64,000 bases of DNA from an uncultured delta proteobacterium (lineage in GTDB: Bacteria > Desulfobacterota > Desulfobacteria > Desulfobacterales > UBA11574), in the NCBI GenBank assembly GCA_963790095.1, contig CAWBNO010000029.1, positions 12,418 through 76,417 of the forward strand, in the 5' to 3' direction. Positions within the stretch are counted from its first letter, which is position 1; every line of letters starts with the position of its first letter. Of the stretch, positions 1 through 8,070 are shown piece by piece. The notes beneath the pieces were generated by a model. That model was given only the letters and a program-made list of their open reading frames with translations, searched no databases and was not told the origin of the DNA. The position numbers were made by a program, and so were the translations under genes.

Positions 1-22
1 TGGAAAGAGATAACCCTACATA

Positions 23-55
23 AAGGGTGGGGCCATCATGGCTCTACCCTTTTTT
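23..55 (+). terminator. intrinsic terminator
   Basis: AAGGGTGGGGCCAT / ATGGCTCTACCCTT stem followed by a T run. Confidence 0.65.
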
Positions 56-99
56 CTAATAAATAACGAATTAGCGGAGTTTGAACATCTTTTATAAAC

Positions 100-244
100 A
101 ACAGGTTTTTGAGGCTCTAAATTATTTGTGATATCGTTTTTAAATAAGGGCAAATCCATTTAACAGGGCTTGCCTTTTTGCAATTCTGTAAGAAATACGA
201 TATATGTACTGGCAATTGAAATGCTTGGACCTGCGGTTTTGGCA
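100..244 (+). repeat. left-island intergenic repeat, copy 1 (full)
   Basis: ACAGGTTTTTGAGGCTCTAAATTATTTGTGATATCG...GGCAAATCC...TTGCCTTTTTG...TTTTGGCA; similar to 1067-1138, 4819-4879, 5745-5895, 7025-7088. Confidence 0.85.
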
Positions 245-295
245 AAATATCTTACGTTATATCCGGTGTATTTCTAAACTTAAAAAGGGAAAATA

Positions 296-496
296 TTGAG
301 CGGTTTAATATGTCATTGTTTCAACTATTCTGCTGAAGATATCGAGCAGGATTATTTTAGAAATGGTCATTCAACGATCATGGAAAAAATTCAGTTAGAA
401 AAGAAATTTGGGAATTGTCAATGTGCAGAAAAAAACCCAAAACGCAAATGATGTTTGAGTGATGTCCGTCAGGTGGTGGATGGTTTAAAGACTTAG
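296..496 (+). CDS. small BFD-like/CopZ-like Cys-rich metal/Fe-S protein, candidate selenoprotein (UGA 449-451)
   Basis: TTG start after AAGGGA; MSGLICHCFNYSAEDIEQD...GNCQCAEKNPKRK-U-CLSDVRQVVDGLKT; UGA sits at the first C of the NPxGxCC-like motif; hairpin GTCCGTC-AGGT-GGTGGAT 12 nt downstream. Confidence 0.7.
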
Positions 497-605
497 TAGA
501 GTCCTTTTTGATTTCTTGTAAAATTTAGGATATCTGAAATCAGCACCAATCGATGTTGGGTTGTGCCTATGGCAAGATTACACAGGTTTTGCAATAGGAT
601 TTAAA

Positions 606-1055
606 ATGCAAAAAAGATACTTTGAAGATCTAATCGAAGGTGAGAAACTTGACTGTAATAATATTATTTTCTCACGAAAAGATATTATCAACTTCGCAAA
701 ACAATTCGATCCTCAGCCATTCCATACTAATGAAGATGCTGCGGAAAAATCAATTTTTGGAGGCCTAATAGCATCGTCTCTTCATACTCTTGCTGCCTGT
801 ACTCGAGTTGTAGTAGAAGCTCAAGAAAATGTATCAATTCTAAGTGGTGTTGGAATGCATGAAGTTAAAATGTTCAATCCGGTAAGACCAGGCGATATTC
901 TCCATGTTGATGCTCGGTGGTGTGAACTCAAACGGTCAAGGAGCAAGCCAGATAAAGCTTTTGCTTCGATCAAATGCAAAGTCAGTAACCAAAAGTTAGA
1001 AGCTGTAATAGAATACGGCTACCGTTATTTATTAGCTTGTCGAGAGGAAAAATAA
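606..1055 (+). CDS. MaoC-family dehydratase (hotdog fold)
   Basis: YFED, FAKQFDPQPFH, FGGLIAS, NPVRPGD motifs; ATG at 606 preferred over TTG 561. Confidence 0.85.
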   Translation: MQKRYFEDLIEGEKLDCNNIIFSRKDIINFAKQFDPQPFHTNEDAAEKSIFGGLIASSLHTLAACTRVVVEAQENVSILSGVGMHEVKMFNPVRPGDILHVDARWCELKRSRSKPDKAFASIKCKVSNQKLEAVIEYGYRYLLACREEK

Positions 1056-1066
1056 TTACTTTTTCC

Positions 1067-1138
1067 CAATTTTGTAAGAAATAAGATATATGAACTTGGA
1101 ATTGAGGTGCATCAACTTGTGCTTTTGGCACCCATTAA
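1067..1138 (+). repeat. left-island repeat, copy 2 (3' half)
   Basis: CAATTTTGTAAGAAATAAGATATATG...TTTTGGCACCCATTAA aligns with 181-244 and 5824-5895. Confidence 0.8.
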
Positions 1139-1469
1139 TCTGTAATTTTTTGGTTTCGGTTATTTACCGTCACTTTTTGGAATTGAAGTTTCAGGCACGA
1201 AGTCAAACATCAACGACTCAACAAGTCGACCATAATATAAAGATTTGAAACCCGTTTCCCACCGGCTATTTTTTTCTCTTTTGGTATCTTAAACCTCATT
1301 TATTGCTCAATACCATATCCTTTCACGCCATTTTCTTTTGTAACGAGATGTTATCAACTCAACGACTGTTCTATAAGACAGAAAAAGAGTGTTAAATTTC
1401 CGGTAGAGGTACTTAAACATGCATTGTAATAAAATAGTACGATTTTATTAAGTTTCTTAATTTGCAGTT

Positions 1470-1581
1470 CCACAATATGTAGTAATTTAATTTAATAAAC
1501 TACAATATATTCTAATTTAATAAAATTATATGATAATTATACATAATTTTGTTTGACACTAGCAAATTACAACTTTATGAT
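1470..1581 (+). promoter_or_regulatory. sigma70 promoter with two upstream NrdR-box-like palindromes
   Basis: TTGACA(1553)-17 bp-TATGAT(1576); CACAATATGTAGT at 1471 and TACAATATATTCT at 1501; homologous to 28348-28458 on the minus strand. Confidence 0.75.
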
Positions 1582-1627
1582 ATATTAATAAATATCAAGC
1601 AAAGAATGTTACTAAAAAATACAGCAA

Positions 1628-2578
1628 ATGAGCAAAATCGCTTTAAAGAAATTAATAAGTGATCGTCCAAGGTTTTACAATAAACGATTTATAATCGTTG
1701 TGCCTTTATTTCTTGCTTTTCTTTTCAATTTAACATCCTTGTCCGCCGCCTATACCCAAGCAGATCGCCGAAGTTTTCAGCGGTCCATTGTGGATTTCCG
1801 TTCACGGTTGAACCCCGAGTTTAAGAAAGTCAAACGTAAAAAGACAAAATATATTATTGTCCATACCTCAGAACTTGGACTTAAAATGACTCAACGCGTC
1901 GTTTTGAAAGGAAAGTGTTTGCGCAATGGTCGGAGAACCAATGGCGGCCATTCCCATTATGTGATTGCTCGAAACGGACGTACTTATCGCATCCTCGACA
2001 AGAAATACGAGGCCGACCATGCCGGTCTTAGCATGTGGAACGGGGAGACGGATATCAGCAAAATCTCAATCGGAATTGAATTGGTAGGTTATCATCGCGC
2101 ATCCATTTCTGAAAGTCAGTATCGGTCCGTTGGTATATTGATAGACATTTTACAAGAGGTATATGGCTTGAATGATCGGGCAGTCCTGACCCACAGCCAG
2201 GTAGCCTATGGGAAACCGAACCGGTGGTTTAGAAAAAATCAACGCGGACGCAAAAGATGTGCTAAAAATTTTATTCGCGCCAAAGCAGAAGTGGGGCCAA
2301 CCTGGACCTACGATCCCGACGTGCGATCTGGCCGACTTTTGGCGGACCCTCAGCTCTCCCAAATTTTTTATGGTCAGCGGGAATATTATGCAAAAATTGA
2401 TGCCGAGGATATAATTTCCAGGAGCAACACCGCCTGGTCAATCGCCGGGGAAGATTACGATAGTTGGAAAACGGTCTACAAATTTCCAAACGGTCAAATA
2501 TACACCGGCGATAAAATCTCAGAAAACGTTGGCTGGAACCGCATACCTGAGAAAACCGTCGTTCGGCTCCATCAGTAA
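1628..2578 (+). CDS. N-acetylmuramoyl-L-alanine amidase (Amidase_2/AmpD-like), exported
   Basis: IIVHTS, SHYVIARNG, ADHAG, SIGIELVG, THSQV motifs; hydrophobic signal-like N-terminus. Confidence 0.85.
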   Translation: MSKIALKKLISDRPRFYNKRFIIVVPLFLAFLFNLTSLSAAYTQADRRSFQRSIVDFRSRLNPEFKKVKRKKTKYIIVHTSELGLKMTQRVVLKGKCLRNGRRTNGGHSHYVIARNGRTYRILDKKYEADHAGLSMWNGETDISKISIGIELVGYHRASISESQYRSVGILIDILQEVYGLNDRAVLTHSQVAYGKPNRWFRKNQRGRKRCAKNFIRAKAEVGPTWTYDPDVRSGRLLADPQLSQIFYGQREYYAKIDAEDIISRSNTAWSIAGEDYDSWKTVYKFPNGQIYTGDKISENVGWNRIPEKTVVRLHQ

Positions 2579-2717
2579 AACAGCGTTTCTTTGATAAAAA
2601 TGGATGATCCCATAAAAACCATATCGAAAAGGCTTATTATAGATTCGGGAAACCCTTGATTCAAAACTTATGATTAAAATTTATTCTATAAAAGATGTTT
2701 TTTAAAAATAAAGTCAA

Positions 2718-2915
2718 ATGAGCCAGAACACCCTAAAGACAATTAGAGAATCTCTTATGATAAGCAGGGCTGAACTTGCCAGGAAAGCCAACATATCCCC
2801 CTATACCATTGCACGGATTGAAAATGACATGCCTTGTAGGATGGAAACAAAACGAAAGATTATTTTGGCATTGGGATATAAAATTTCAGATAAGAGCAAG
2901 GTGTTCGATAATTAA
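2718..2915 (+). CDS. XRE-family HTH protein (paralog of 28101-28298)
   Basis: LKTIRESLMISRAELARKANISPYTIARIEN HTH pattern; near-identical paralog in the window. Confidence 0.85.
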   Translation: MSQNTLKTIRESLMISRAELARKANISPYTIARIENDMPCRMETKRKIILALGYKISDKSKVFDN

Positions 2916-2918
2916 GAG

Positions 2919-3317
2919 ATGACAAATGACGATATTAAAATGGACATTAAAGAAGTTCGGAGTCGTATATCTGAGATCATTTCAAGAATGTCCGAAACAG
3001 AAAGCCGAAAGCTTTTGAAAGGTTTGGAGAGATGGCAACAATCCAGGTCTCCAGAAAAAAGGAAACACCCTAGAAAATATGTTTCTATCTTTGCAATCTG
3101 TGAAACTAAAAATTGCAACTTTAGAGATTTCACTAATAATACAAGTGTTGGTAGCGTATTTATTGAAACTGAAACCTCTCTATCCGTTAACGAAGACCTG
3201 TTTATGACGCTTTTACACTCCAGTTTTGAAGTCCCAATCAGAGCCGGCGGTAAAATCGTGAGGGTCGACCCAAAAAGGATAGGTGTAAAATTCAAGAACA
3301 CTATTCACAGCATCTAA
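2919..3317 (+). CDS. PilZ-domain protein (paralog of 45279-45677)
   Basis: RKHPR motif, degenerate NxSxxG (NTSVGS), GKIVRV..IGVKF. Confidence 0.8.
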   Translation: MTNDDIKMDIKEVRSRISEIISRMSETESRKLLKGLERWQQSRSPEKRKHPRKYVSIFAICETKNCNFRDFTNNTSVGSVFIETETSLSVNEDLFMTLLHSSFEVPIRAGGKIVRVDPKRIGVKFKNTIHSI

Positions 3318-3382
3318 TCTATCCGATTGCTAAGCAAAATTCATATTAATCATCCGTCCCATTAAAAGGGAGTAAATTAATA

Positions 3383-3811
3383 ATGAAAGATGGTATATCG
3401 ATATTTTTATTAGCTCTCCTCATTGGAGTATGGATCAACCTTATTACAAAACGTACGAAGGAAAAAAAGAGGCTACAGAAAGATACGCGAGAAATACTTC
3501 TTGAAAGATTTAAGGGTAGAGTCATACCTGTTCGGCGTAACAGGCAGAAGGCTACGGCTTTGGAAAAGACAGACGAATTGCCAAAGGAAAATAATAGATC
3601 AAGAATGAATCTTTATTCTTATCATCGAAAATGTCGCAGAGGTGATAAAGAAAGACGAAAAAGCAGGGTGCCGGTCGGGATAACTTTTGATTTTGTTGAT
3701 CGTAGACAAAGCAGTGACCCCAACTACAGTGGTCCTGAAAGACGGAGCGGTATGGATAGGAGAGGCAAATATTGGGACAGAAGAAAGCCTGTAGCCTTCC
3801 AATATATTTAG
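3383..3811 (+). CDS. membrane-anchored hypothetical protein with repeated ERR/DRR motifs
   Basis: GGGAG RBS, N-terminal TM helix, ERRKSR, DRRQ, ERRSGMDRR, DRRK. Confidence 0.6.
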   Translation: MKDGISIFLLALLIGVWINLITKRTKEKKRLQKDTREILLERFKGRVIPVRRNRQKATALEKTDELPKENNRSRMNLYSYHRKCRRGDKERRKSRVPVGITFDFVDRRQSSDPNYSGPERRSGMDRRGKYWDRRKPVAFQYI

Positions 3812-3924
3812 ATGAACAATATACCCCACTCCGATTCCGCAATGGCCCTGTTTTTAATGACCCAAAATGTCGGTGAACGGAGATGATTTAACAATTGTAA
3901 AAATTAGGATTTAATAGACTGGCT

Positions 3925-4584
3925 ATGATTACTAGAACTAGACTAAATTCGTCTTTCGTACAATATAATAATACCTGTATATTAGGTAGCTACGCAATAG
4001 TTTCAAACTTTTATACAGGGACATCTTTTTTAGACTTTTTTAAAGATTTCTGTAAGGATTTTGATATTGGAACCGAGGAAAATGATTTTAAGAAGTATTT
4101 TTCCGAACATTTTAATTCGCAGCACCCTGACTATACACAACGAATAACGAGATGGTTCAATCTGACTGAATTGAATAAATACGAATTAGCATATGATTAT
4201 TACTTTCATAGAGAATATGGCTCTCGCAATGTCAATGATCTAAATCTAATGAAGGAAATACATGAGATTTCCAAGCAAAACTCATTTGAATCCTCAAGAA
4301 ATTCCTTCAGCCTTTCTTACATTCCAGTCGTAAAAAATGATATGGTCAATGTCATTGATTGTCTTGCTTGTGAAGAATCTTTATTGATGATCGCATTCCA
4401 AGGTGAAAGCGGCGATAGGCAAATTTCTGTTGTAGGTTATGATAATAATGGTTTCTACATGATTGAAACCAGACAAAATAAAACAAATGGCGCAGTTGGT
4501 ATCTCAAATATTAGTTCTTTGCCAGACGTTGGCGATGCACTTTTAGCAATCCAAGTTAACGAAAAGGAAGAAAAAGGCGGCTAA
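3925..4584 (+). CDS. AT-rich hypothetical protein, probable former integron gene cassette
   Basis: 219-aa ORF whose stop codon overlaps the GGCTAAC of a downstream attC-like site. Confidence 0.6.
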   Translation: MITRTRLNSSFVQYNNTCILGSYAIVSNFYTGTSFLDFFKDFCKDFDIGTEENDFKKYFSEHFNSQHPDYTQRITRWFNLTELNKYELAYDYYFHREYGSRNVNDLNLMKEIHEISKQNSFESSRNSFSLSYIPVVKNDMVNVIDCLACEESLLMIAFQGESGDRQISVVGYDNNGFYMIETRQNKTNGAVGISNISSLPDVGDALLAIQVNEKEEKGG

Positions 4585-4649
4585 CATCGTAATCAACGTA
4601 CCAGCTACAGCCCGAGGCTTTCGCTGTCTTGTGATTGCGGGCGCTAAAA
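4579..4649 (+). mobile_element. degenerate attC-like site
   Basis: GGCTAAC, GTAATCAAC pairing with GTGATTGC with one extra base, inner ACAGC/GCTGT stem, final GTT changed to GCT. Confidence 0.55.
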
Positions 4650-4700
4650 TTCAGATATCTTCAACGGACATGTAACGAGTCCCGATTGCATGTTACTGCT

Positions 4701-4808
4701 GAGACTGTCGAAAAACCCTAAATCTGCAAATTCAATGCTTATAAGTTTTTGTTTTCATTGCATGTTGAATTGCTAAAATCACCATTTTTGGACTTTTTCG
4801 ACAGTCTC
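4701..4808. mobile_element. MITE-like element, 108 bp
   Basis: perfect 15-bp inverted termini GAGACTGTCGAAAAA / TTTTTCGACAGTCTC, GCT direct repeat on both flanks, internal dyad. Confidence 0.8.
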
Positions 4809-4818
4809 GCTATCAATG

Positions 4819-4879
4819 ACAGGTTTTTGAGACCTTACAATTTTTGTGATATCGTTTTTTCAAAAGGGGCAAATCCATT
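4819..4879 (+). repeat. left-island repeat, copy 3 (5' half)
   Basis: ACAGGTTTTTGAGA...TTTGTGATATCGTTTT...GGGGCAAATCCATT. Confidence 0.8.
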
Positions 4880-5067
4880 GTTCAATTTCGGTTCAGACAT
4901 TCCGAAAATTCCCAAATATTGAATCAGATTTCACCTCAAAATTTGAGGGCTTTCGTTTGTATTTGTTTCAGGTTTTATGATATGCAATCCGAGATTTATT
5001 GTAAAAAAACACGTGGGTCAGTTTATCCCAGTTATCATAATAAGTGTGATTTGGATTCATAATAAAC

Positions 5068-5679
5068 ATGTCAAATATATCTGGATCAAAAAGATGGTAT
5101 ACTAGTTTGATCTTGGCGATGGCTTTTTTCCTTTTTTCACCCTTTGGGGAAGCAGTTCCCGCCGGCAGAGCGGAAGAACGCCTTTACGCTTTAAATTTAT
5201 ACGCAGGCCGCTTAACTTCAAATCATTGGGAAGATATTTTTAGCAGCGAATTAGATTTCAAAGATTCTTATCTGGTAACGGTAGCGTTAGCGCGTCGTAT
5301 TGGCGCATATGAGGACAAGGCGAGTTTTGAGATCGAAGGCCAAATCGTTAAGCATTTTAATATCCAGACACACTGGGAACTGAACGCGCTTGTTGCGGCT
5401 CGATGGGAGGCGTTCTGGTGGGATGATGTCCTTGACACAAGCGTGGCCTTTGGTTTGGGGCCCTCCTATGCCACAGATACACCGGAAATTGAGGTTGAAA
5501 TAAATGAAGATACTTCCCAGTTCCTGGTTTTTTGGATGTTAGAGCTGGCCCTTGGCCTGCCTGACTATCCCCATGTCGCATTAATTACACGCATTCATCA
5601 CCGCTCTGACGCTTTTGGTTTAATTGCTGATGGGGGCGGTTCCAACGCTCTTGCAGTTGGCCTAAAATGGCGATTTTAG
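5068..5679 (+). CDS. outer-membrane beta-barrel protein, possibly PagL-like
   Basis: signal peptide, amphipathic strands, RIHHRS...GGSN motif, C-terminal Phe. Confidence 0.6.
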   Translation: MSNISGSKRWYTSLILAMAFFLFSPFGEAVPAGRAEERLYALNLYAGRLTSNHWEDIFSSELDFKDSYLVTVALARRIGAYEDKASFEIEGQIVKHFNIQTHWELNALVAARWEAFWWDDVLDTSVAFGLGPSYATDTPEIEVEINEDTSQFLVFWMLELALGLPDYPHVALITRIHHRSDAFGLIADGGGSNALAVGLKWRF

Positions 5680-5744
5680 ACCACTAAAATATGATTAGGA
5701 TTCGATATGAAATCTTCACTTCGAAACCTTGAATATCTATATCT

Positions 5745-5895
5745 AACAGGTTTTTGAGGCTCTAAATAATTTGTGATATCGTTTAAATAAACGTAAATCC
5801 TATATCGGGGGGTTGCCTTTTTGCATTTTTGGAGGAAATAAGATACATGCAATTGAAATTGAGATGCTTTGACCTTTGATTTTGGCACCCATTAA
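5745..5895 (+). repeat. left-island repeat, copy 4 (full)
   Basis: aligns end to end with 100-244. Confidence 0.85.
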
Positions 5896-5954
5896 AAGGC
5901 CCCTGTCAAGAAAAAACACCTCTCCATCGCAAAAAATGATGTCTTTTTTTTGCA

Positions 5955-6075
5955 GGGTCAGTCTCCAGATTGGAATGAGACCCTTTTGTTTGTCTGCGCC
6001 CGAGTTTTCAATTGTTATGGTGTATTTCTTGAATGAAGATCCAATCCGGCGTATTGTTCCATTGAGCACCTCCTT
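5955..6075 (-). pseudogene. IS110-family transposase remnant (15 codons, ATG 6062)
   Basis: AGGAGG RBS then MEQYAGLDLHSRNTP-stop, matching the YxGLDLH start of the IS110 DEDD domain. Confidence 0.6.
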
Positions 6076-6281
6076 TTGTTAAAGGGTTGTTAATTGGCTT
6101 AACCACTTATAGCAAATCGCATCCTTTTTTGCGATTGGGAGGTGCCTTTTAGATGATTATCAAGAAATCTGTAACGCCAGTAGTCCAAATAAATTTCTAT
6201 TATTGAAGATCGTTTTTCCATGAAAATCAATTTTTGTTATACTATACTCATTTAGGATGCTTTAATATAAAAGGTGCTGAG

Positions 6282-6809
6282 ATGAGAAGACAGGTTACTG
6301 TTTTTATTTATTTTTTATCAGCTGTAGCCATTTTATTACACGGCTGTACATATCAGAGGACAGAAAGACGCATCATCCGAGCGAACACCTATTTTGAAGA
6401 AGGTGATTATGAAGATGCTATTACTTATTATACTAAAGCCTTAAAGGTAAACCCACAAGACGCTATCGCTTACAATAACCGAGGGCTCGCTTGGGGAAAA
6501 AAGGGTGATTATGACAATTCTATCGCTGATTTTACTAAAGCTGTGGAAATAAATCCGCAATACGCTGACGCATATAAAAACCGAGGGCTCGCCTATTATG
6601 ATAAAGGTGATTATGACAGTGCTATCGGTAATTATACTAAAGCTGTGGAAATAAATCCGAAAGACGCTTTCTCCTACAACAACCGAGGAATCGCCTATTA
6701 TGATAAAGGGGATTATGACCGCACCTGTTCTGATTTTCAAAAGTCTTGTGAAATGGGATATTGCAAAGGCTTAGATTGGGCCAGAAAAGAAGGTGTTTGT
6801 AACCAATAG
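6282..6809 (+). CDS. TPR-repeat lipoprotein
   Basis: lipobox LLHGC; tandem 34-aa TPR units (AYxNRGLAY..KGDYD) that are also 102-bp DNA repeats. Confidence 0.85.
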   Translation: MRRQVTVFIYFLSAVAILLHGCTYQRTERRIIRANTYFEEGDYEDAITYYTKALKVNPQDAIAYNNRGLAWGKKGDYDNSIADFTKAVEINPQYADAYKNRGLAYYDKGDYDSAIGNYTKAVEINPKDAFSYNNRGIAYYDKGDYDRTCSDFQKSCEMGYCKGLDWARKEGVCNQ

Positions 6810-7024
6810 ACAACAGCAAACTATTTTACTAAAAAATGATTAAGGGCCGGACCATGCTAATTATCTAAAAATTTGTATAAGGAGTTCTAAAAATAGCTGC
6901 TTTTTGGTTGTAAACATGCCCTCTTGGGTGCAAAATTGAAGACATAAAATCTTTAAAATTACGCTTTGAAATCTTCAATCCAAAACCTGTGCTTTCTGCA
7001 ATCTATTCACAATCCTAAAGCTGC

Positions 7025-7088
7025 CTAAATTATTTGTGATATGGTTTTTCAATGGGGCAAATCCGTTTTGCGGGGTTTGCCTTTTTTG
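7025..7088 (+). repeat. left-island repeat, copy 5 (5' half)
   Basis: CTAAATTATTTGTGATATGG...GGGCAAATCCG...GGGTTTGCCTTTTTT. Confidence 0.75.
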
Positions 7089-7333
7089 TTTTTTGGGAAA
7101 AACTCCATCATCTGTTCACAATTAACTCCTATAGCCTTTCGAATAAAAAATAGATTTATACACCATATGTTGATCATTTTTTACTTGACATACACCATAT
7201 ATTATTTTAAGCAATTTTTAAAGGTCGGTTAGTTCAGCTCGACCAAAAAGATATGGTAAACAGCATTTAAGGAGACTATTGTACGTGGCAAGGGCCTCGT
7301 AGGACTGTCAACCTTTCTTCATAATTCTTCGAA

Positions 7334-7366
7334 AGGGCGATTCAACTGAATCGCCCTTCTTCGTTA
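7334..7366 (+). terminator. strong hairpin/terminator, end of a candidate sRNA
   Basis: AAGGGCGATTCA-AC-TGAATCGCCCTT perfect inverted repeat. Confidence 0.6.
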
Positions 7367-7530
7367 ACACCCTGTCAAACCCGCCCTTTTTGCTTTTTTA
7401 TGGATGTTACGGTATATGTAATCGGTGAAAATTGACGTTGGTTTGAGGGTATGGAGAGTAATCTTCTATTTTTACATGCAACTGGATAAAATTTATTGAT
7501 AGAGGTTTAAAAATATTGTAAGTTATTTAT

Positions 7531-7660
7531 GGCGGGACGGTGACCATCGGTCCAAGTTCCAGGATCATGTCTTTGCCCTGGGGCGTTAGGACGTTCTCTA
7601 TCCAAAGAGACTTAATCCTGTTATCAGGAGCGCCGACATGCTTATGGCGCCGTCTCGCTA
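7531..7660 (+). ncRNA. candidate structured ncRNA (unknown family)
   Basis: GC-rich patch in AT-rich DNA; terminal stem GCGGGACGGTG-ACCAT / ATGG-CGCCGTCTCGC enclosing two hairpins; TTGATA-17-TAAGTT just upstream. Confidence 0.45.
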
Positions 7661-7806
7661 ACTTCACAAATCCAAATCAAAAATGTATTAATTCTGTTTC
7701 CAAATCTTAAACCTCAAAGATGTTGGAAATTCTGAGAAAAAGCTACCGCGTAGCGGTTTCGTTCATCATACTCCGAAAATTGAACTGTCAAGTGAGGTCG
7801 TGAATT

Positions 7807-8070
7807 TCATACGTTATCGTATCCTTTTATAACGATACCAGACTCTCGTACAGCTTCTATGCCTCTCTTTCTAAATGCCTCTAATTCTTCCCTTGTGAGT
7901 TGAGTCGAAATAGATGCCTGCTCGACTTTTACCTGTTTGATCGGTCCGTACCCAGCCCGGTCTAGTATCTCCACTGCAGTATTGGATTTCAGCCTCATTA
8001 TCTCCGGGTCATTCCATTTGTCCTCAAGAATTTCAATTAGTGCCTTAATCCAATTTTCTGCCTCCCCCAA
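7807..8070 (-). pseudogene. phage-like gene remnant (terminase small subunit-like C-terminus)
   Basis: AVEILDRAGYGPIKQVKVE motif; no clear start; abuts the switch to GC-richer core DNA. Confidence 0.35.

Noticed and set aside
146-180. left-island repeat hairpin (GGGCAAATCC) as a c-di-GMP-I riboswitch
   Set aside because: No GNRA tetraloop, receptor or second stem; it is a simple hairpin plus T run.
1126-1140. TGGCAC in the left-island repeat as a sigma54 promoter
   Set aside because: No GC at the -12 position in the copies at 240, 1126 or 5884.
6441-6720. ~102-bp tandem DNA repeats
   Set aside because: Explained by the TPR units of the lipoprotein.
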